Positions 1 to 10,639 of a stretch of 64,000 nucleotides of DNA are shown here, in pieces. A program made the translations under genes and the position numbers. The DNA comes from an uncultured Granulosicoccaceae bacterium (GTDB lineage: Bacteria; Pseudomonadota; Gammaproteobacteria; Granulosicoccales; Granulosicoccaceae): assembly GCA_964646405.1 (NCBI GenBank), contig CAZYDV010000003.1, forward strand, positions 1 to 64,000, given 5' to 3'. Numbering within the stretch: position 1 is the first letter of the stretch; each line of letters begins with the position of its first letter. The notes under the pieces were generated by a model. That model saw only the letters and a list, made by a program, of their open reading frames with translations. It had not been told where the DNA came from and did not search any database.

Positions 1-203
<203 letters not shown>

Positions 204-335
204 TAATCTACGCCAATCCCTAAAAACACATGATTATTCAATAGTAGAAAGCGAAAATCCCGGTAAATTTCCACACGCTATGATCCGACAGCAAAACACC
301 TGGCCCCACTCAGACTGATTTCAAATGAAGCAGAC

Positions 336-3300
336 TCAACCACTGCTCTGTAAGTGTTGCAGCAAACGCTTTGCCTCTTGCACATCAGGCAATTCATCGC
401 CTTCGCACAATAAGTCCAACACAGGCGCCAGTATTTCCAGCGCCTGCCTTTGCCGCGCGTGAGCGTGGAGGATACCGGCGAACTCAGTGGCCACTCGCAG
501 TTCGTACCATTTGGTCTGCCTATCACGCGCAACGGTTAGTGCCTCTTTATAGGCGACCTCTGTCGCTTCACAAAACCCGCATTCAAGGTAGGATACCCGA
601 CCAATCAATCGCTTAAGCTCGGCATCTTCCAGCCGTGCGCCGCTGCTCCGGGCAATCTGAATCGCCTGCTGCAGACACGGCAACGCCTGATCTGCAACAT
701 TGTTCTCGGTATGTGCCAGCGCGATGAACGATAGAATGAAAGGCGTGTGCATCTGCATGCCCAGTACATTCGAATAATTGCTCAGTGCCGCCTCTGCCTC
801 GAGCGCCACCTTTTCGTGTTCACCCCGAAGCGACAGCAAGCCCGCCCTGACAATCGACTCAGCAACCTGCCAAATCGTCAGCTCGTGTTTTTGATTGATT
901 GTCTGCAGCGCAGACAGACACGCGCTGACGCGATTATCGAGGCGCATTGAAACAAACATGTTCGCCCCGTGGAACAATACGACACCCAGCGTATTCACGT
1001 GATCCAGCACCGTTGCGCGGGCAAGCGCCTGATCGAACAGGGCGACGGCCTGTTCCGGAAATCCACAGTGCAATCTGGCCCAGGCGGCTAACACCTTTGC
1101 AGTGGACTCGATATCCTGACCATAAACTGACGGCGACAACCCGCCCGATTCGGGTGAGGTGAATGCAGCCGCCAGTTGCAAGTGCCAATCGGCCTCGATC
1201 GGCGCGCCCGAAATCAACTGGCTGAACCCGACCAGCCGATGCCCCTGCACAATGGTTTCTCGATCGCCATTTCGATTCGCTAGAGCCAGAAAGTCACTGG
1301 CCAGCTCACACGCCCTGGGCACACTCCCCGTGTGTAAATGGTAGACGAGTCGACTGTACAGAATAGGGAAAATCCGGCTCGTATCGCCCAAAGCTTCTGA
1401 CAACTGCAGCGCCATTTGCGTATTGCGATCCATCTCGGCGGAACTGTATCCGCCGGTTGCGATCAAGGGACCGCTTAGATCTATATGCAACTCCAGTTTG
1501 GTTGCCAACAAATGCGGCGTCTGCTCGATTTGATTCAGCACGTCAATCGCCTGATTTAGCTGAACTACCGCCTCGGCATCAGCAGAACGGCTCGCGGAGC
1601 GTTTACCCGCCCGGTGCCAGTAAATCAATGCCGAATCATACGAGTGGGCCTCAGCAAAGTGATAGGCCACCAATTCCGGCGCGGTTTCAACGGTTTGGGG
1701 AAACTCTTGCACCAGTGTATTGGCGACGTTGAGGTGATGTGCCTGGCGCAGGTCTGTCAGCATACTGCTATAGACAGAGTCCTGAACCAGTGCGTGTTTG
1801 AACGAGTATTGGACTTTGCTGGCGGTACCAGACCGATAGAGCAGTTCAGTTTGAATCAACTGATGGATGGCTTCATTGAAATAGTGTTTTTGTTTTTGAA
1901 ATACTGACTCCAGAAGATCCAGCGGAATATCCCGCCCGATGACCGAGCCCACTTGAACGACCTCCTTGGCGCGGGCACTGAGCCTATCAATCCGTGCCAA
2001 CAGTGACGCACGCAGTGTATCGGGGATATCAATCGCGGCAATATCAAGACCGCCTTCCACCAGTGACTTGGTCAACTCCTCAATAAAAAGCGGTATGCCA
2101 TCGGTACGCGAGACGATGCGATCGACCGCCGCATCGGTCAGAAAATCACCGGCGACCGCGCGCACCAGGTTAGCGCTGTAGATCTTGCCCAGGCGATTCA
2201 ATCGCAGGGACGAGACATTGTTGTAGCCTTGCAGCGCCGGCTTCCATTCGGTGCGATGTGTAACGACCAGCAACACGCTGGACTGTTGTATTCGACTGAT
2301 CGCAAGTTCAAGGAGCTCTTCGCTGGCAGGGTCAATCCAGTGCGCATCTTCGATCAAAAACAGTATCGGACCACGAGCTGCCAGTGCGACCAACTGCGAG
2401 ACGAGGATTTCAAGCGTGCGTGTTTTCGTTTGTAACGGCGAGAGTGTTTGGGCACCGTAGCGATGCTCGAACGGGATTGACAGCAAATGGGCAAATATTT
2501 TGAGGTCGTCGGGATTCACTGTGCCCAATGCCTGAAGAAATGCTTCTATTTTATCGAGCCGGATATCCGCTGCATCGTCCGGCTCCAGATTGGCCGCCCT
2601 TTGCAGCTGCGCTATCGCGGGGTAAAAGGCACTGGACGTACGGTTTGGCACGCACTGATAGCGAATGGACACACGTTTTGATGAATCGACTTCCTGTCGC
2701 AGCCCTTCCAGCAGACGAGATTTTCCTATCCCCGCTTCACCGGATATAAAAACGGTCTGCCCTTCTGCACCACAGGCCAGCTGCCATCGATCAAGTAACA
2801 GATTCAACTCGGTCTTACGACCCAACAGCGGATTGAGCGCGGCACCATGAGACGATTCGAACCGACTTTCGACGGGCCGTGCGCGGGCGATCTCCCAGAC
2901 GGAAACCGGGGCGGCATAGCCCTTGACGAGGTGCTGGCCCAACTCGATATATTCGAATCCACCGCCGGCGAGGTTGCGGGTGTTGTTTGAAACGACGACC
3001 GTATCGGGTCGAGCAAGCGATTGAAGACGCGCTGCGAAGTTCGGGGTTTCCCCGGTGACCGCGGTTTGCGCCGATGAGCCACTGCCGATCAGATCGCCAA
3101 CAATGACCCGGCCGGTGGCTATGCCAATACGCACGGAGCCGGCGTTTGAGCGCCTGCAGGCACTGACAACTTCAAGGCCGGCAGTGACCGCCCGCTCGGC
3201 GTCGCTTTCATCAGCCATTGGGTAACCGAAGTACACCAGCACCCCATCGCCCATGTATTGAGCCACAAAGCCGCCGTGAAGTTGAACCGCTTTAGCGCAG

Positions 3301-3674
3301 GTGCTGTGAAAACACCTGACTACGGCCCGATATTCTTCTGCGTCCAGGCGGGTTGCAAGTTCTGTAGAACCCACCAGATCGCAAAACATCACACTGAGTT
3401 GGCGGTGTTCAGCAGCGGATGCCTGAAAGGATGACGCCGGTGTAACGGCCAGCGCGGGAGGCAGGCCAGACTCTGCTCCAGATTCACCAATTGTTGATGA
3501 GGGCAGCGCCGCCAGTATTTTTTTTCGATCGGCAAGCTTTGCAACGCCGAGGTCCTTCAGATCCTCGTTGGTGAGTTCAAGCAGCAGCGCCCAGTCGACT
3601 TCGTTGAATTCGAAGGATTCAACAAATTGTTCAAATCCATTTTCGATCAGCCAGTGCCGAACATCCGTTGCCAC
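336..3674 (-). CDS. SAM domain / class III adenylate-guanylate cyclase / STAND AAA ATPase / TPR signalling protein
   Basis: 1112 aa. The N-terminal looks like a SAM fold. The cyclase core is FCDLVGSTEL...GDGVLVYFGYP. A P-loop GEAGIGKSRLL follows, then a long TPR-like helical C-terminal half. Confidence 0.8.
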   Translation of the reverse strand: MATDVRHWLIENGFEQFVESFEFNEVDWALLLELTNEDLKDLGVAKLADRKKILAALPSSTIGESGAESGLPPALAVTPASSFQASAAEHRQLSVMFCDLVGSTELATRLDAEEYRAVVRCFHSTCAKAVQLHGGFVAQYMGDGVLVYFGYPMADESDAERAVTAGLEVVSACRRSNAGSVRIGIATGRVIVGDLIGSGSSAQTAVTGETPNFAARLQSLARPDTVVVSNNTRNLAGGGFEYIELGQHLVKGYAAPVSVWEIARARPVESRFESSHGAALNPLLGRKTELNLLLDRWQLACGAEGQTVFISGEAGIGKSRLLEGLRQEVDSSKRVSIRYQCVPNRTSSAFYPAIAQLQRAANLEPDDAADIRLDKIEAFLQALGTVNPDDLKIFAHLLSIPFEHRYGAQTLSPLQTKTRTLEILVSQLVALAARGPILFLIEDAHWIDPASEELLELAISRIQQSSVLLVVTHRTEWKPALQGYNNVSSLRLNRLGKIYSANLVRAVAGDFLTDAAVDRIVSRTDGIPLFIEELTKSLVEGGLDIAAIDIPDTLRASLLARIDRLSARAKEVVQVGSVIGRDIPLDLLESVFQKQKHYFNEAIHQLIQTELLYRSGTASKVQYSFKHALVQDSVYSSMLTDLRQAHHLNVANTLVQEFPQTVETAPELVAYHFAEAHSYDSALIYWHRAGKRSASRSADAEAVVQLNQAIDVLNQIEQTPHLLATKLELHIDLSGPLIATGGYSSAEMDRNTQMALQLSEALGDTSRIFPILYSRLVYHLHTGSVPRACELASDFLALANRNGDRETIVQGHRLVGFSQLISGAPIEADWHLQLAAAFTSPESGGLSPSVYGQDIESTAKVLAAWARLHCGFPEQAVALFDQALARATVLDHVNTLGVVLFHGANMFVSMRLDNRVSACLSALQTINQKHELTIWQVAESIVRAGLLSLRGEHEKVALEAEAALSNYSNVLGMQMHTPFILSFIALAHTENNVADQALPCLQQAIQIARSSGARLEDAELKRLIGRVSYLECGFCEATEVAYKEALTVARDRQTKWYELRVATEFAGILHAHARQRQALEILAPVLDLLCEGDELPDVQEAKRLLQHLQSSG

Positions 3675-3880
3675 AATCGTTCTCTGGGTTGCCAGTTTCC
3701 CGGTATCCGGGTTGAGGGTACTGCAACCGCCAAACTGGAAAAATCAGCATTGTTTGTCAAAGCGCTTGGCTTCAACAATGATATCGGTAAACCGTTTGCA
3801 GCTCATCATTTACCGCGCATCGGCGTCGATGCAATTGATTACCAGGGTTCGGCGAAATCACAGCCCCATGACCCGGCCGG

Positions 3881-4639
3881 TCAATCCTGCTGTTTCAGCT
3901 CGTAGACACATCGGAATCCAATATATACCGCGGCGAAATCCCGGGGTTTGTACTGTGCGCCCTGCTCGGTTGTTTTCTGTGCGCCGTACCACCACGAACC
4001 GCCAGCGGTCAGTGCTCGATCCCCGTCGACATCGGCCAGCCACTCCCAGACATTCGCCCCCATATCGTACAAGCCGTTGATACCACGCCTGCTGTTGGCA
4101 GCCGGCGCGTGTCGCGGCCAATCATCCTCGCCGGCGGTATTCATGCCTGCTGGCTGATCACCAACAGGATACTCGTAGCGTCTGCCGCGGATAAAACCGT
4201 CGGTTGGATTTTCGCGTCGTTCCGTGTAAGCAGCGACACGCCATTGCGAAAAGGTTGGCAGCCGACCACCGACAGCGCGGCAATGATCTGTCGCCTCATA
4301 CCAGGTCACGTGTACGGCGGGCTCAGAGTCAGCGGCAGCCGCTCCGTACGGAGCGTGCCAGAACCAACCCGGACGTTGCTGCCAGCCGGCATCATACTCA
4401 TAACCGCCGCCGTCACGTTCTGCCTTGGTGGCTTTGTTTCCAGGGGCGAGTCGCTGCCGAATCTGCCCGACAGTGACCTCGGTGACATCAATGGCAAAGT
4501 TGTCCACGATCACCCGGGTTCCGATTAGCCCACCGGACGCCGGCTGCCCGGCACCAGCCGACACACCCGAGGCCAGCATGAACAAAAGTACCAGTCCTGC
4601 CACAGGGTGTATTTTCATCGATTCAGCCATTGGGCACAT
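3881..4639 (-). CDS. Secreted FGE-sulfatase (SUMF1) domain protein
   Basis: Signal peptide, then the formylglycine-generating-enzyme fold: ...VTWYEATDHCRAVGGRLPT...GLYDMGANVWEW...GGSWW...FRCV. Confidence 0.75.
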   Translation of the reverse strand: MCPMAESMKIHPVAGLVLLFMLASGVSAGAGQPASGGLIGTRVIVDNFAIDVTEVTVGQIRQRLAPGNKATKAERDGGGYEYDAGWQQRPGWFWHAPYGAAAADSEPAVHVTWYEATDHCRAVGGRLPTFSQWRVAAYTERRENPTDGFIRGRRYEYPVGDQPAGMNTAGEDDWPRHAPAANSRRGINGLYDMGANVWEWLADVDGDRALTAGGSWWYGAQKTTEQGAQYKPRDFAAVYIGFRCVYELKQQD

Positions 4640-5204
4640 CGAACCTCCAGCGCGCGCGAACCGGCTCTACCAAGCGGCAATCGTCAACGAACAACGGGCG
4701 CCAGCGATCGGCAGCCGAGTAGGTCGCTGCCGAACGCAGCCCCACTGCCAGGCACAATCCTGAACCATCGAGTTCAAGACCACCCGCCTCGCGCAGGATG
4801 AATCGTTGCAAACCGGCGGTTTCCATAAACGCGGTGTCCTCGCCACAAGGTCGCAACAACACAGCAGTACCCGGCAACGCGCGCGAGTTAATGCCGGCCA
4901 CCGTGACGCACAAATCCAACTCAATAAAACGAATCAGCCCGGCTTCAAACACCACGGCGCTATCTACCGTGAGCCGCGGCTTGCAGTTGTGAGCGAAAAG
5001 CGGCAAATCGGTACGCAGATAGCCGGGTGTTCCCGGCACGTCGATACAGTAGCCATCAACAGGTCTGTCCAGCGGATCGATCAGCCGCAGGTGGGCGGGT
5101 TCGGTCGCGAGTCCAGGCACCGTGCCTAGACTCAACTGCATCCAGCAGACTATGGCCCACACACACAGTCGAACTACTGCCCGAGATGTCATGTCGTTAT
5201 CCAT
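4623..5204 (-). CDS. Hypothetical secreted protein
   Basis: Long ORF on the track. The start was trimmed to the internal Met preceding a hydrophobic signal-like segment (MDNDMTSRAVVRLCVWAIVCWMQLSLG). No recognisable domain. Confidence 0.4.
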   Translation of the reverse strand: MDNDMTSRAVVRLCVWAIVCWMQLSLGTVPGLATEPAHLRLIDPLDRPVDGYCIDVPGTPGYLRTDLPLFAHNCKPRLTVDSAVVFEAGLIRFIELDLCVTVAGINSRALPGTAVLLRPCGEDTAFMETAGLQRFILREAGGLELDGSGLCLAVGLRSAATYSAADRWRPLFVDDCRLVEPVRARWRFDVPNG

Positions 5205-5657
5205 CACCCTGCCCTCACGCCCCTTTGGCGCGCTCAGCCTGCCGATTCGGCGCGCCTCCACGCAACAACCCAACAATGAGCGGTTGCGGAAAATCATGGC
5301 CAGGAATTGGCGCTTGCCCGGATCACAGCCGCCCCAGCAACACGGCAAGTGCGCATACAAAAATTTCATCTTGTTGTTTTATCTGGTTTTTTCCCAATTG
5401 GTAAGCATCTGAAGTAAGCGATTAAGTGCTACGTGGCAGAGCCGGGCTCTGGTTCGCCTGATCTATTGTTGAGTTCAGTTATACTTCACCTTGTCAGTAC
5501 ACCCGGACAGCCGATACTGACAGAACTCAACTCCTACCAGAATCCAGCCAGCGAACTGGCGTAACTGAATTCCACTGCAGCAAACCTCCGAAAGTACCTG
5601 ACACTACTCGATAAAGCCGAACTTGCGCTGCTGGCAAACGATGTTCCTGAATTAGAA

Positions 5658-6278
5658 GTGTTGGTTACTGAAGCCCGCGAGACAGGCTTCACAGACCCTC
5701 GACTCAAAGCGATCAGCACCGGATTGCTCAATGCACGAGAGCGTGCTTCCATTGAAACGCAAAAGAACCTGCTCGCAGAGAAAAGCTATCAGCTGCACCT
5801 GGCCAATGCCACACACCACCTGGCATCCGGCAACCTCTCCCTCGCGAATGCAGAGATCGCATTGGGACGCAGCCTTGGTATAAACGACGACTCTCTTAGC
5901 CTGATTGCCAGTCGAATAAAGGCACAAGAGCAACAGCAGGCTGCATCCCTGCTTGAAATAGAGATAGACAAAGCCAATTTACAGTTCGAACAATTACTGC
6001 AGGCCATTCAGCTACGAAACGCGAGGGCCATCACTTCGCTAACGACCGGTACCAATCGTGGCGCTTTATTCAGCGGACTCTTTGACCGATACATCGAGGT
6101 TAACGCAAGCTTAACCGGCTTGTCGGTTACGCCCGACAACTCAGCAGTCAGTGCAACGTTGCGACTCGATAACATGCGACTTCCCAATGGCAACCTGACG
6201 TACCCGCCCAGCAGCTACGGCGAGATTCAATTATCTCTGACACGAACTCAAAAGGGGTGGTCAAAAATCCAATGGTAA
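5658..6278 (+). CDS. Hypothetical protein (GTG start)
   Basis: 206-aa ORF with helical, Ala/Leu-rich composition and no recognisable domain. The only in-frame starts are GTG/TTG. Confidence 0.4.
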   Translation: MLVTEARETGFTDPRLKAISTGLLNARERASIETQKNLLAEKSYQLHLANATHHLASGNLSLANAEIALGRSLGINDDSLSLIASRIKAQEQQQAASLLEIEIDKANLQFEQLLQAIQLRNARAITSLTTGTNRGALFSGLFDRYIEVNASLTGLSVTPDNSAVSATLRLDNMRLPNGNLTYPPSSYGEIQLSLTRTQKGWSKIQW

Positions 6279-7069
6279 CCACACGAATTCTACCGGCAAC
6301 ACTCGCCGCATTGCTTGCAGCCTGCGGTGCAGATAAAAGTAGCTCGCCGCTTCAACTCCCACTACCCGAGCCCATTCGACAGATAGCCGCAATCAATGGT
6401 GCGCAATTGTCGTTAGAAGTATCCATCAACAACAATCAACCACAGATATTCCTGGGTCAGGGCGCAACGCAATCATGGCGTATTTCCCTGAACGTACCGG
6501 CGTCGACATCCAACAACACGATTAGTATCACATGGATCGAAACCTACCAGCAACAGCGGCTGGTACTGGCACAGCAGACCCATACATTCGATACTGGCAC
6601 CGAAACCACCACTGTTTCTGTGGGCAACAACTACGTCACCGCCGGAATCGGTTTCGACTTCGATAGCGACAACATCTCTAATCTCGCCGAACGACTGAAC
6701 GAAACCGATCCATTGGTGGCAGATTCAGGTGAACTGGTTATTAACGAACCGCCCGTCGTCGATATCACCGGCGGCTGCTACATGATGGGGAGCCCGGAGA
6801 CTGAAGTGCTTCGACACAGTTCCGAGATTCAGCATCAGGTGTGTGTCAGTGATTTCCAGATCGGCAAATACGAAGTGACGTTCGAGCAGTACGATCAATT
6901 TGCCACATTAACCGACCGACCGCTTCCCGACGACCTGGGCTGGGGTCGGGGTTCAATGCCAGTTACCAACGTAAGCTGGTTTGACGCTATCGCTTACACC
7001 GAATGGAACACACAGTTTATCAATCCAGCAGGTAGCCACACAGCAGGGCGTCCTCTTCTGCGAAACTGA
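6257..7069 (+). CDS. Lipoprotein carrying only the N-terminal half of an FGE-sulfatase domain (possibly truncated)
   Basis: Signal peptide plus LAAC lipobox. The C-terminal 100 aa match the first half of the SUMF1/FGE fold (GGCYMMGSP...VTNVSWFDAIAY). It then terminates inside the convergent neighbour gene. Confidence 0.55.
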   Translation: MVKNPMVTTRILPATLAALLAACGADKSSSPLQLPLPEPIRQIAAINGAQLSLEVSINNNQPQIFLGQGATQSWRISLNVPASTSNNTISITWIETYQQQRLVLAQQTHTFDTGTETTTVSVGNNYVTAGIGFDFDSDNISNLAERLNETDPLVADSGELVINEPPVVDITGGCYMMGSPETEVLRHSSEIQHQVCVSDFQIGKYEVTFEQYDQFATLTDRPLPDDLGWGRGSMPVTNVSWFDAIAYTEWNTQFINPAGSHTAGRPLLRN

Positions 7070-8066
7070 CACTGGGCAGTAAAGCATCAATAATCGCCAG
7101 CCGCGAGGGATTGACAGAGTAGGATACGACACAACTGGCGTCTTCATAGGAAAACGTAATCGTAGTATCTCTCATCACAAAGAACTGGCTTGGACTGTTA
7201 AACACCAGCGTATCTGCAATCGGCAGGCCGTCATCGTTGTATTCTCTGTTTCTCGTTTGAAAAACCGTATCACTCAATACGTCGCGCTCGACAATACGAG
7301 ACACTCGCCCCTGATCGTCTCTTTCAATTGAAGTCAGTTCTTGTGCGAATAGTATATTTGAACCGGAAAAAGAGCGCTGTTCTAACGATGTGACCAGGCC
7401 TAGACTGTCGTAGCTTATCGTCAACTCATCTGATTCATCAAAATCATCTCCGCAGTTTTCGGTGACAAGCAGACTTTGTAACTGACTTTGCGCATTGTAG
7501 GTAATGGCTGATGTGAAGGCGCCATCGGTTGAATCAATCGAGCTAAGACGACCGTCGGTGTAATCGTAAACGCGTGTCGTGTCCCCCTCCGCAGCAACTG
7601 AGAAATCGTCACAGACGGGATCGTTTTCCATATCTTCAATCAGTCTGCCGCCACTGTCGTAGCGGAAAGTCTGTTGATCGCCGTCTGAATCTGAAATAGC
7701 CGCAACTCGACCATTCTGGTAGGAGATTACCCGCTCATCGCCCGTGTCACTTTCAGATACCCGGATCAAACCATCATCGGAATATTCATATTGTCTGGTG
7801 GTGGTGACAGCCGGCGTACTTTCCAGATCCTGAAATTCAATGCGTGAGACTCGACCCAGATCATCATAGAAATACGTTTCGATCCGATCGATGGTTTCAT
7901 TCCGGGAATAATCGAAGCTAATGGTCTTTACCCGCGAGCTGGTCTCGATTGGCAGCCCGTTTCCATTACCGGCGCTATCTCCGGCACCGTCACCACCGCC
8001 ACACGCCACGACCGCAAGCGTTACTGCGCACAACGCAGGAAGGGAAAACTCAATTCGCATAACCAC
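7020..8066 (-). CDS. YD-repeat lipoprotein
   Basis: Signal peptide plus VACGGG lipobox. It carries multiple RHS/YD-type repeats (YEYSDDGLIRV, RYDSGGRLIE, YDYTDGRLSS, ERDDQGRVSRI, YNDDGLPIAD). It is only 348 aa, much shorter than Rhs toxins. Confidence 0.65.
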   Translation of the reverse strand: MVMRIEFSLPALCAVTLAVVACGGGDGAGDSAGNGNGLPIETSSRVKTISFDYSRNETIDRIETYFYDDLGRVSRIEFQDLESTPAVTTTRQYEYSDDGLIRVSESDTGDERVISYQNGRVAAISDSDGDQQTFRYDSGGRLIEDMENDPVCDDFSVAAEGDTTRVYDYTDGRLSSIDSTDGAFTSAITYNAQSQLQSLLVTENCGDDFDESDELTISYDSLGLVTSLEQRSFSGSNILFAQELTSIERDDQGRVSRIVERDVLSDTVFQTRNREYNDDGLPIADTLVFNSPSQFFVMRDTTITFSYEDASCVVSYSVNPSRLAIIDALLPSVSFAEEDALLCGYLLD

Positions 8067-8228
8067 TGTTCCTGCTTGAATGCCTCAGTGGCGTTATTGT
8101 ACCGCAACCATCAATCTGCGGGGCTTCCACATACAACTGGCCCTGACACCCCATTCCAGTGCCAGCAAAGAGCCTGTCCCACTGCAAACCTCGTCCCCGG
8201 ACAGGCTCCCAATCCTGCTTTGGTGTCG

Positions 8229-8798
8229 TTATACCGGTGTGACTTTCCACTCTTCGACAATATTGGTGCCGGACTGTCGCATCACCATGGAGACCGGACA
8301 GAACCGTGGCAATCTCTCGCGAATCGTTTCGAGCTGTTCGGCTGTCGCATTGGTGGTGACGTCCAACACCAGCTTTACATTCGGAAACGGTACTTCAACA
8401 CGCTCATCGAGCAAAACACCGCGCCGATCGAATTCCGCCTCACAGAGGACTTCGTTCACGGTGAAATCGAGATCCATCGACTTGGCAATTTTAGTGACAA
8501 TAGTGTTGGTACATCCGATCAGCGCCGCCATCAGGGTTTCGGTTGGCGACGGCGCGGTATTGGAACCACCTCGCTCTATTGGCTCGTCGGTTACGGTTGA
8601 CACGTCACGGGTAGTGATATCGGTTCGACCAGGTGACGGTGCAGCGCCACGCAGATGATAGACCACTGATTTCACTTTTATGTTTGCACTGGACACTTTG
8701 AGGGTTCCTGTGAGAGCAACGATTCTTTGCCCGCATAGTAACAGGCCATTGCTTGCAGTCAACTTCGGCGGGGCATTCAGGCGGGCCTGCACGCGCAC
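8229..8798 (-). CDS. OsmC/Ohr family peroxiredoxin-like protein
   Basis: The C-terminal ~140 aa match OsmC (..TLMAALIGCTNTIV...CPV...). The true start is probably an internal Met/Val downstream of the ORF-track start. Confidence 0.65.
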   Translation of the reverse strand: MRVQARLNAPPKLTASNGLLLCGQRIVALTGTLKVSSANIKVKSVVYHLRGAAPSPGRTDITTRDVSTVTDEPIERGGSNTAPSPTETLMAALIGCTNTIVTKIAKSMDLDFTVNEVLCEAEFDRRGVLLDERVEVPFPNVKLVLDVTTNATAEQLETIRERLPRFCPVSMVMRQSGTNIVEEWKVTPV

Positions 8799-8864
8799 CG
8801 GACAGATGGCTTACAGTACACTCACGCCAGGACATCTTTTCCCGTAAACATTCAGGCAATCCGG

Positions 8865-9806
8865 ATGATCGACGAGCAACTCCCCAACGGCAACGATCCG
8901 CCTGAAAGCGGCGACTCGGTTGTCAGCGCAAAGGCGCTGCGCAAGCAATTTGGCGATTTTACCGCAGTCGATGGTATTTCGTTCGAGGTGCCAAGGGGCC
9001 AATGCATCGGATTGCTGGGCCCAAACGGTGCAGGAAAAACAACCACCATGCGCATGCTCATGGGCTTGTCCACGGTTAGCGCAGGTGATCTGCAGGTGCT
9101 GGGTTGCGACGCAAGGAAGCTCTCACGAAGCGAACTCGCGCGCATTGGGCTCGTGCCCCAGGATGACAATCTCGACCCCGACCTTTCCGTGAGAATGAAC
9201 CTGGAGGTCTACGGGCGTTACTTCGGCGCTGATCGGGCAACTGTACGGGCGCGGGTGCCAGAGCTGCTGGAGTTTATGCAACTGAGCGATCGCGCCGATG
9301 CACGGGTGAATCAACTCTCTGGCGGAATGCGTCGGCGCCTGATTATTGCCAGAGCGCTGGTGGCCGACCCCGAGCTTGTCGTACTCGATGAACCCACAAC
9401 CGGGCTCGATCCACAGGCACGCGTACTGATCTGGAAGCAACTGCTGGCACTGCGCAAACGCGGTGTGACGCTACTACTCACCACGCACTACATGGACGAG
9501 GCGCAGCGCCTGTGTGATCGAATCATCGTTATCGACCACGGTCGCATCCTCGATAACGGCACACCAGCCGACCTGATCGAACGTCACGTAAAGGGCCACG
9601 TATTTGAAGTCCAAAAACCCTACGTGGAGGGCTTTGACGAATCGGCCTGGGACTGTGAGGACATCGGCGATTCACTGCTGGTGTATACCGAAGACTCGCG
9701 CGCGTTTATCGATGCGGTACCGCTGACGACACAATATCTGCACCGGCAGGCGAACCTTGAAGACGTATTTTTACGTCTGACCGGCCGCGCACTGCGGGAG
9801 AAATAG
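8865..9806 (+). CDS. ABC transporter ATP-binding protein (ABC-2 / NodI-DrrA type)
   Basis: Walker A GPNGAGKTT, signature LSGGMRRRL and Walker B VVLDEPTTGLD. Confidence 0.9.
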   Translation: MIDEQLPNGNDPPESGDSVVSAKALRKQFGDFTAVDGISFEVPRGQCIGLLGPNGAGKTTTMRMLMGLSTVSAGDLQVLGCDARKLSRSELARIGLVPQDDNLDPDLSVRMNLEVYGRYFGADRATVRARVPELLEFMQLSDRADARVNQLSGGMRRRLIIARALVADPELVVLDEPTTGLDPQARVLIWKQLLALRKRGVTLLLTTHYMDEAQRLCDRIIVIDHGRILDNGTPADLIERHVKGHVFEVQKPYVEGFDESAWDCEDIGDSLLVYTEDSRAFIDAVPLTTQYLHRQANLEDVFLRLTGRALREK

Positions 9807-9807
9807 C

Positions 9808-10584
9808 ATGACATCCCTGTTCTCACGCTACGCGCTGGCGATCGTCTGGCGACACTATCTCGTATGGCGTTCCATGCTTGCCTCATCACTGGCAAGCAAT
9901 GTGGTCAACCCGTCGCTATTCCTGTTTGCCTTCGGCTTTGGCCTGGGTGCCTTTATCGATACGATGAGCGGCATCGACTACCTGGCCTTTATCGTACCGG
10001 GCATGATTGCCTATGCGGCGATGTTCTCGGCAAGCTTTGAAACCACCATCGGCTCCTATTCCCGGTATGCAATGCAACGAACCTGGGATGCGATGCTGGC
10101 ATCGCCGGTCAGCCTGTTTGAGCTGCTGTGGGGCGAGGTGCTTTGGTCAGCACTCAAAGCATTGTTTGCAGCTGTATGTGTTTTGATCGTGGGCGGGCTT
10201 TGGGGCGGGGTGATTTCCCTGAGTGGTGCATTGATATGTATTCCGGTGGTATTCATCGCCTCGTTGGGTTTTGCATCCTACGGGCTATTCGCTACATCCT
10301 GTGCGCGTGGCTATGAATTTTTCAGTTACTTTTTCACATTCTGGATAACACCGATGTTTGTATTCTCGGGCGTGTTTTTCGAGATTGACCGCTTTCCCGC
10401 TGCGGTGCAGTGGCTCGCCTGGCTGCTGCCCATGACACATCTGGTTGCACTCATTCGCCCGTGGATGACGGAAATTGCTATATCACCCGTCATGGTCGTC
10501 GTTCATCTGGCCTACCTGATCGGCCTTGGCGTACTGGCATTCTGGCTTGCCTATCGCAACATACGAAAGCGCATGTTTGATTGA
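9808..10584 (+). CDS. ABC-2 type transporter permease (NodJ-like)
   Basis: Six-TM hydrophobic protein starting 2 nt after the ATPase gene, the typical ABC-2 exporter pairing. Confidence 0.85.
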   Translation: MTSLFSRYALAIVWRHYLVWRSMLASSLASNVVNPSLFLFAFGFGLGAFIDTMSGIDYLAFIVPGMIAYAAMFSASFETTIGSYSRYAMQRTWDAMLASPVSLFELLWGEVLWSALKALFAAVCVLIVGGLWGGVISLSGALICIPVVFIASLGFASYGLFATSCARGYEFFSYFFTFWITPMFVFSGVFFEIDRFPAAVQWLAWLLPMTHLVALIRPWMTEIAISPVMVVVHLAYLIGLGVLAFWLAYRNIRKRMFD

Positions 10585-10611
10585 ATAGTTGAACTAACAC
10601 ACCAAAAACAA

Positions 10612-10639
10612 TTGACAAGCCAATTCTACGCTCTATACT
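10612..10639 (+). promoter_or_regulatory. Near-consensus sigma70 promoter (TTGACA-16-TATACT)
   Basis: TTGACA at 10612-10617 and TATACT at 10634-10639 with a 16-nt spacer. No convincing ORF lies downstream before a strong terminator. Confidence 0.6.

Noticed and set aside
371-3674. Numerous 60-170-aa ORFs antisense or out-of-frame within large genes (e.g. 371..616, 1614..1907, 3568..4080, 24121..25363, 52188..52637, 53380..53775)
   Set aside because: Typical spurious open frames in high-GC DNA. They are fully embedded in well-supported genes, with no RBS and no domain signal.
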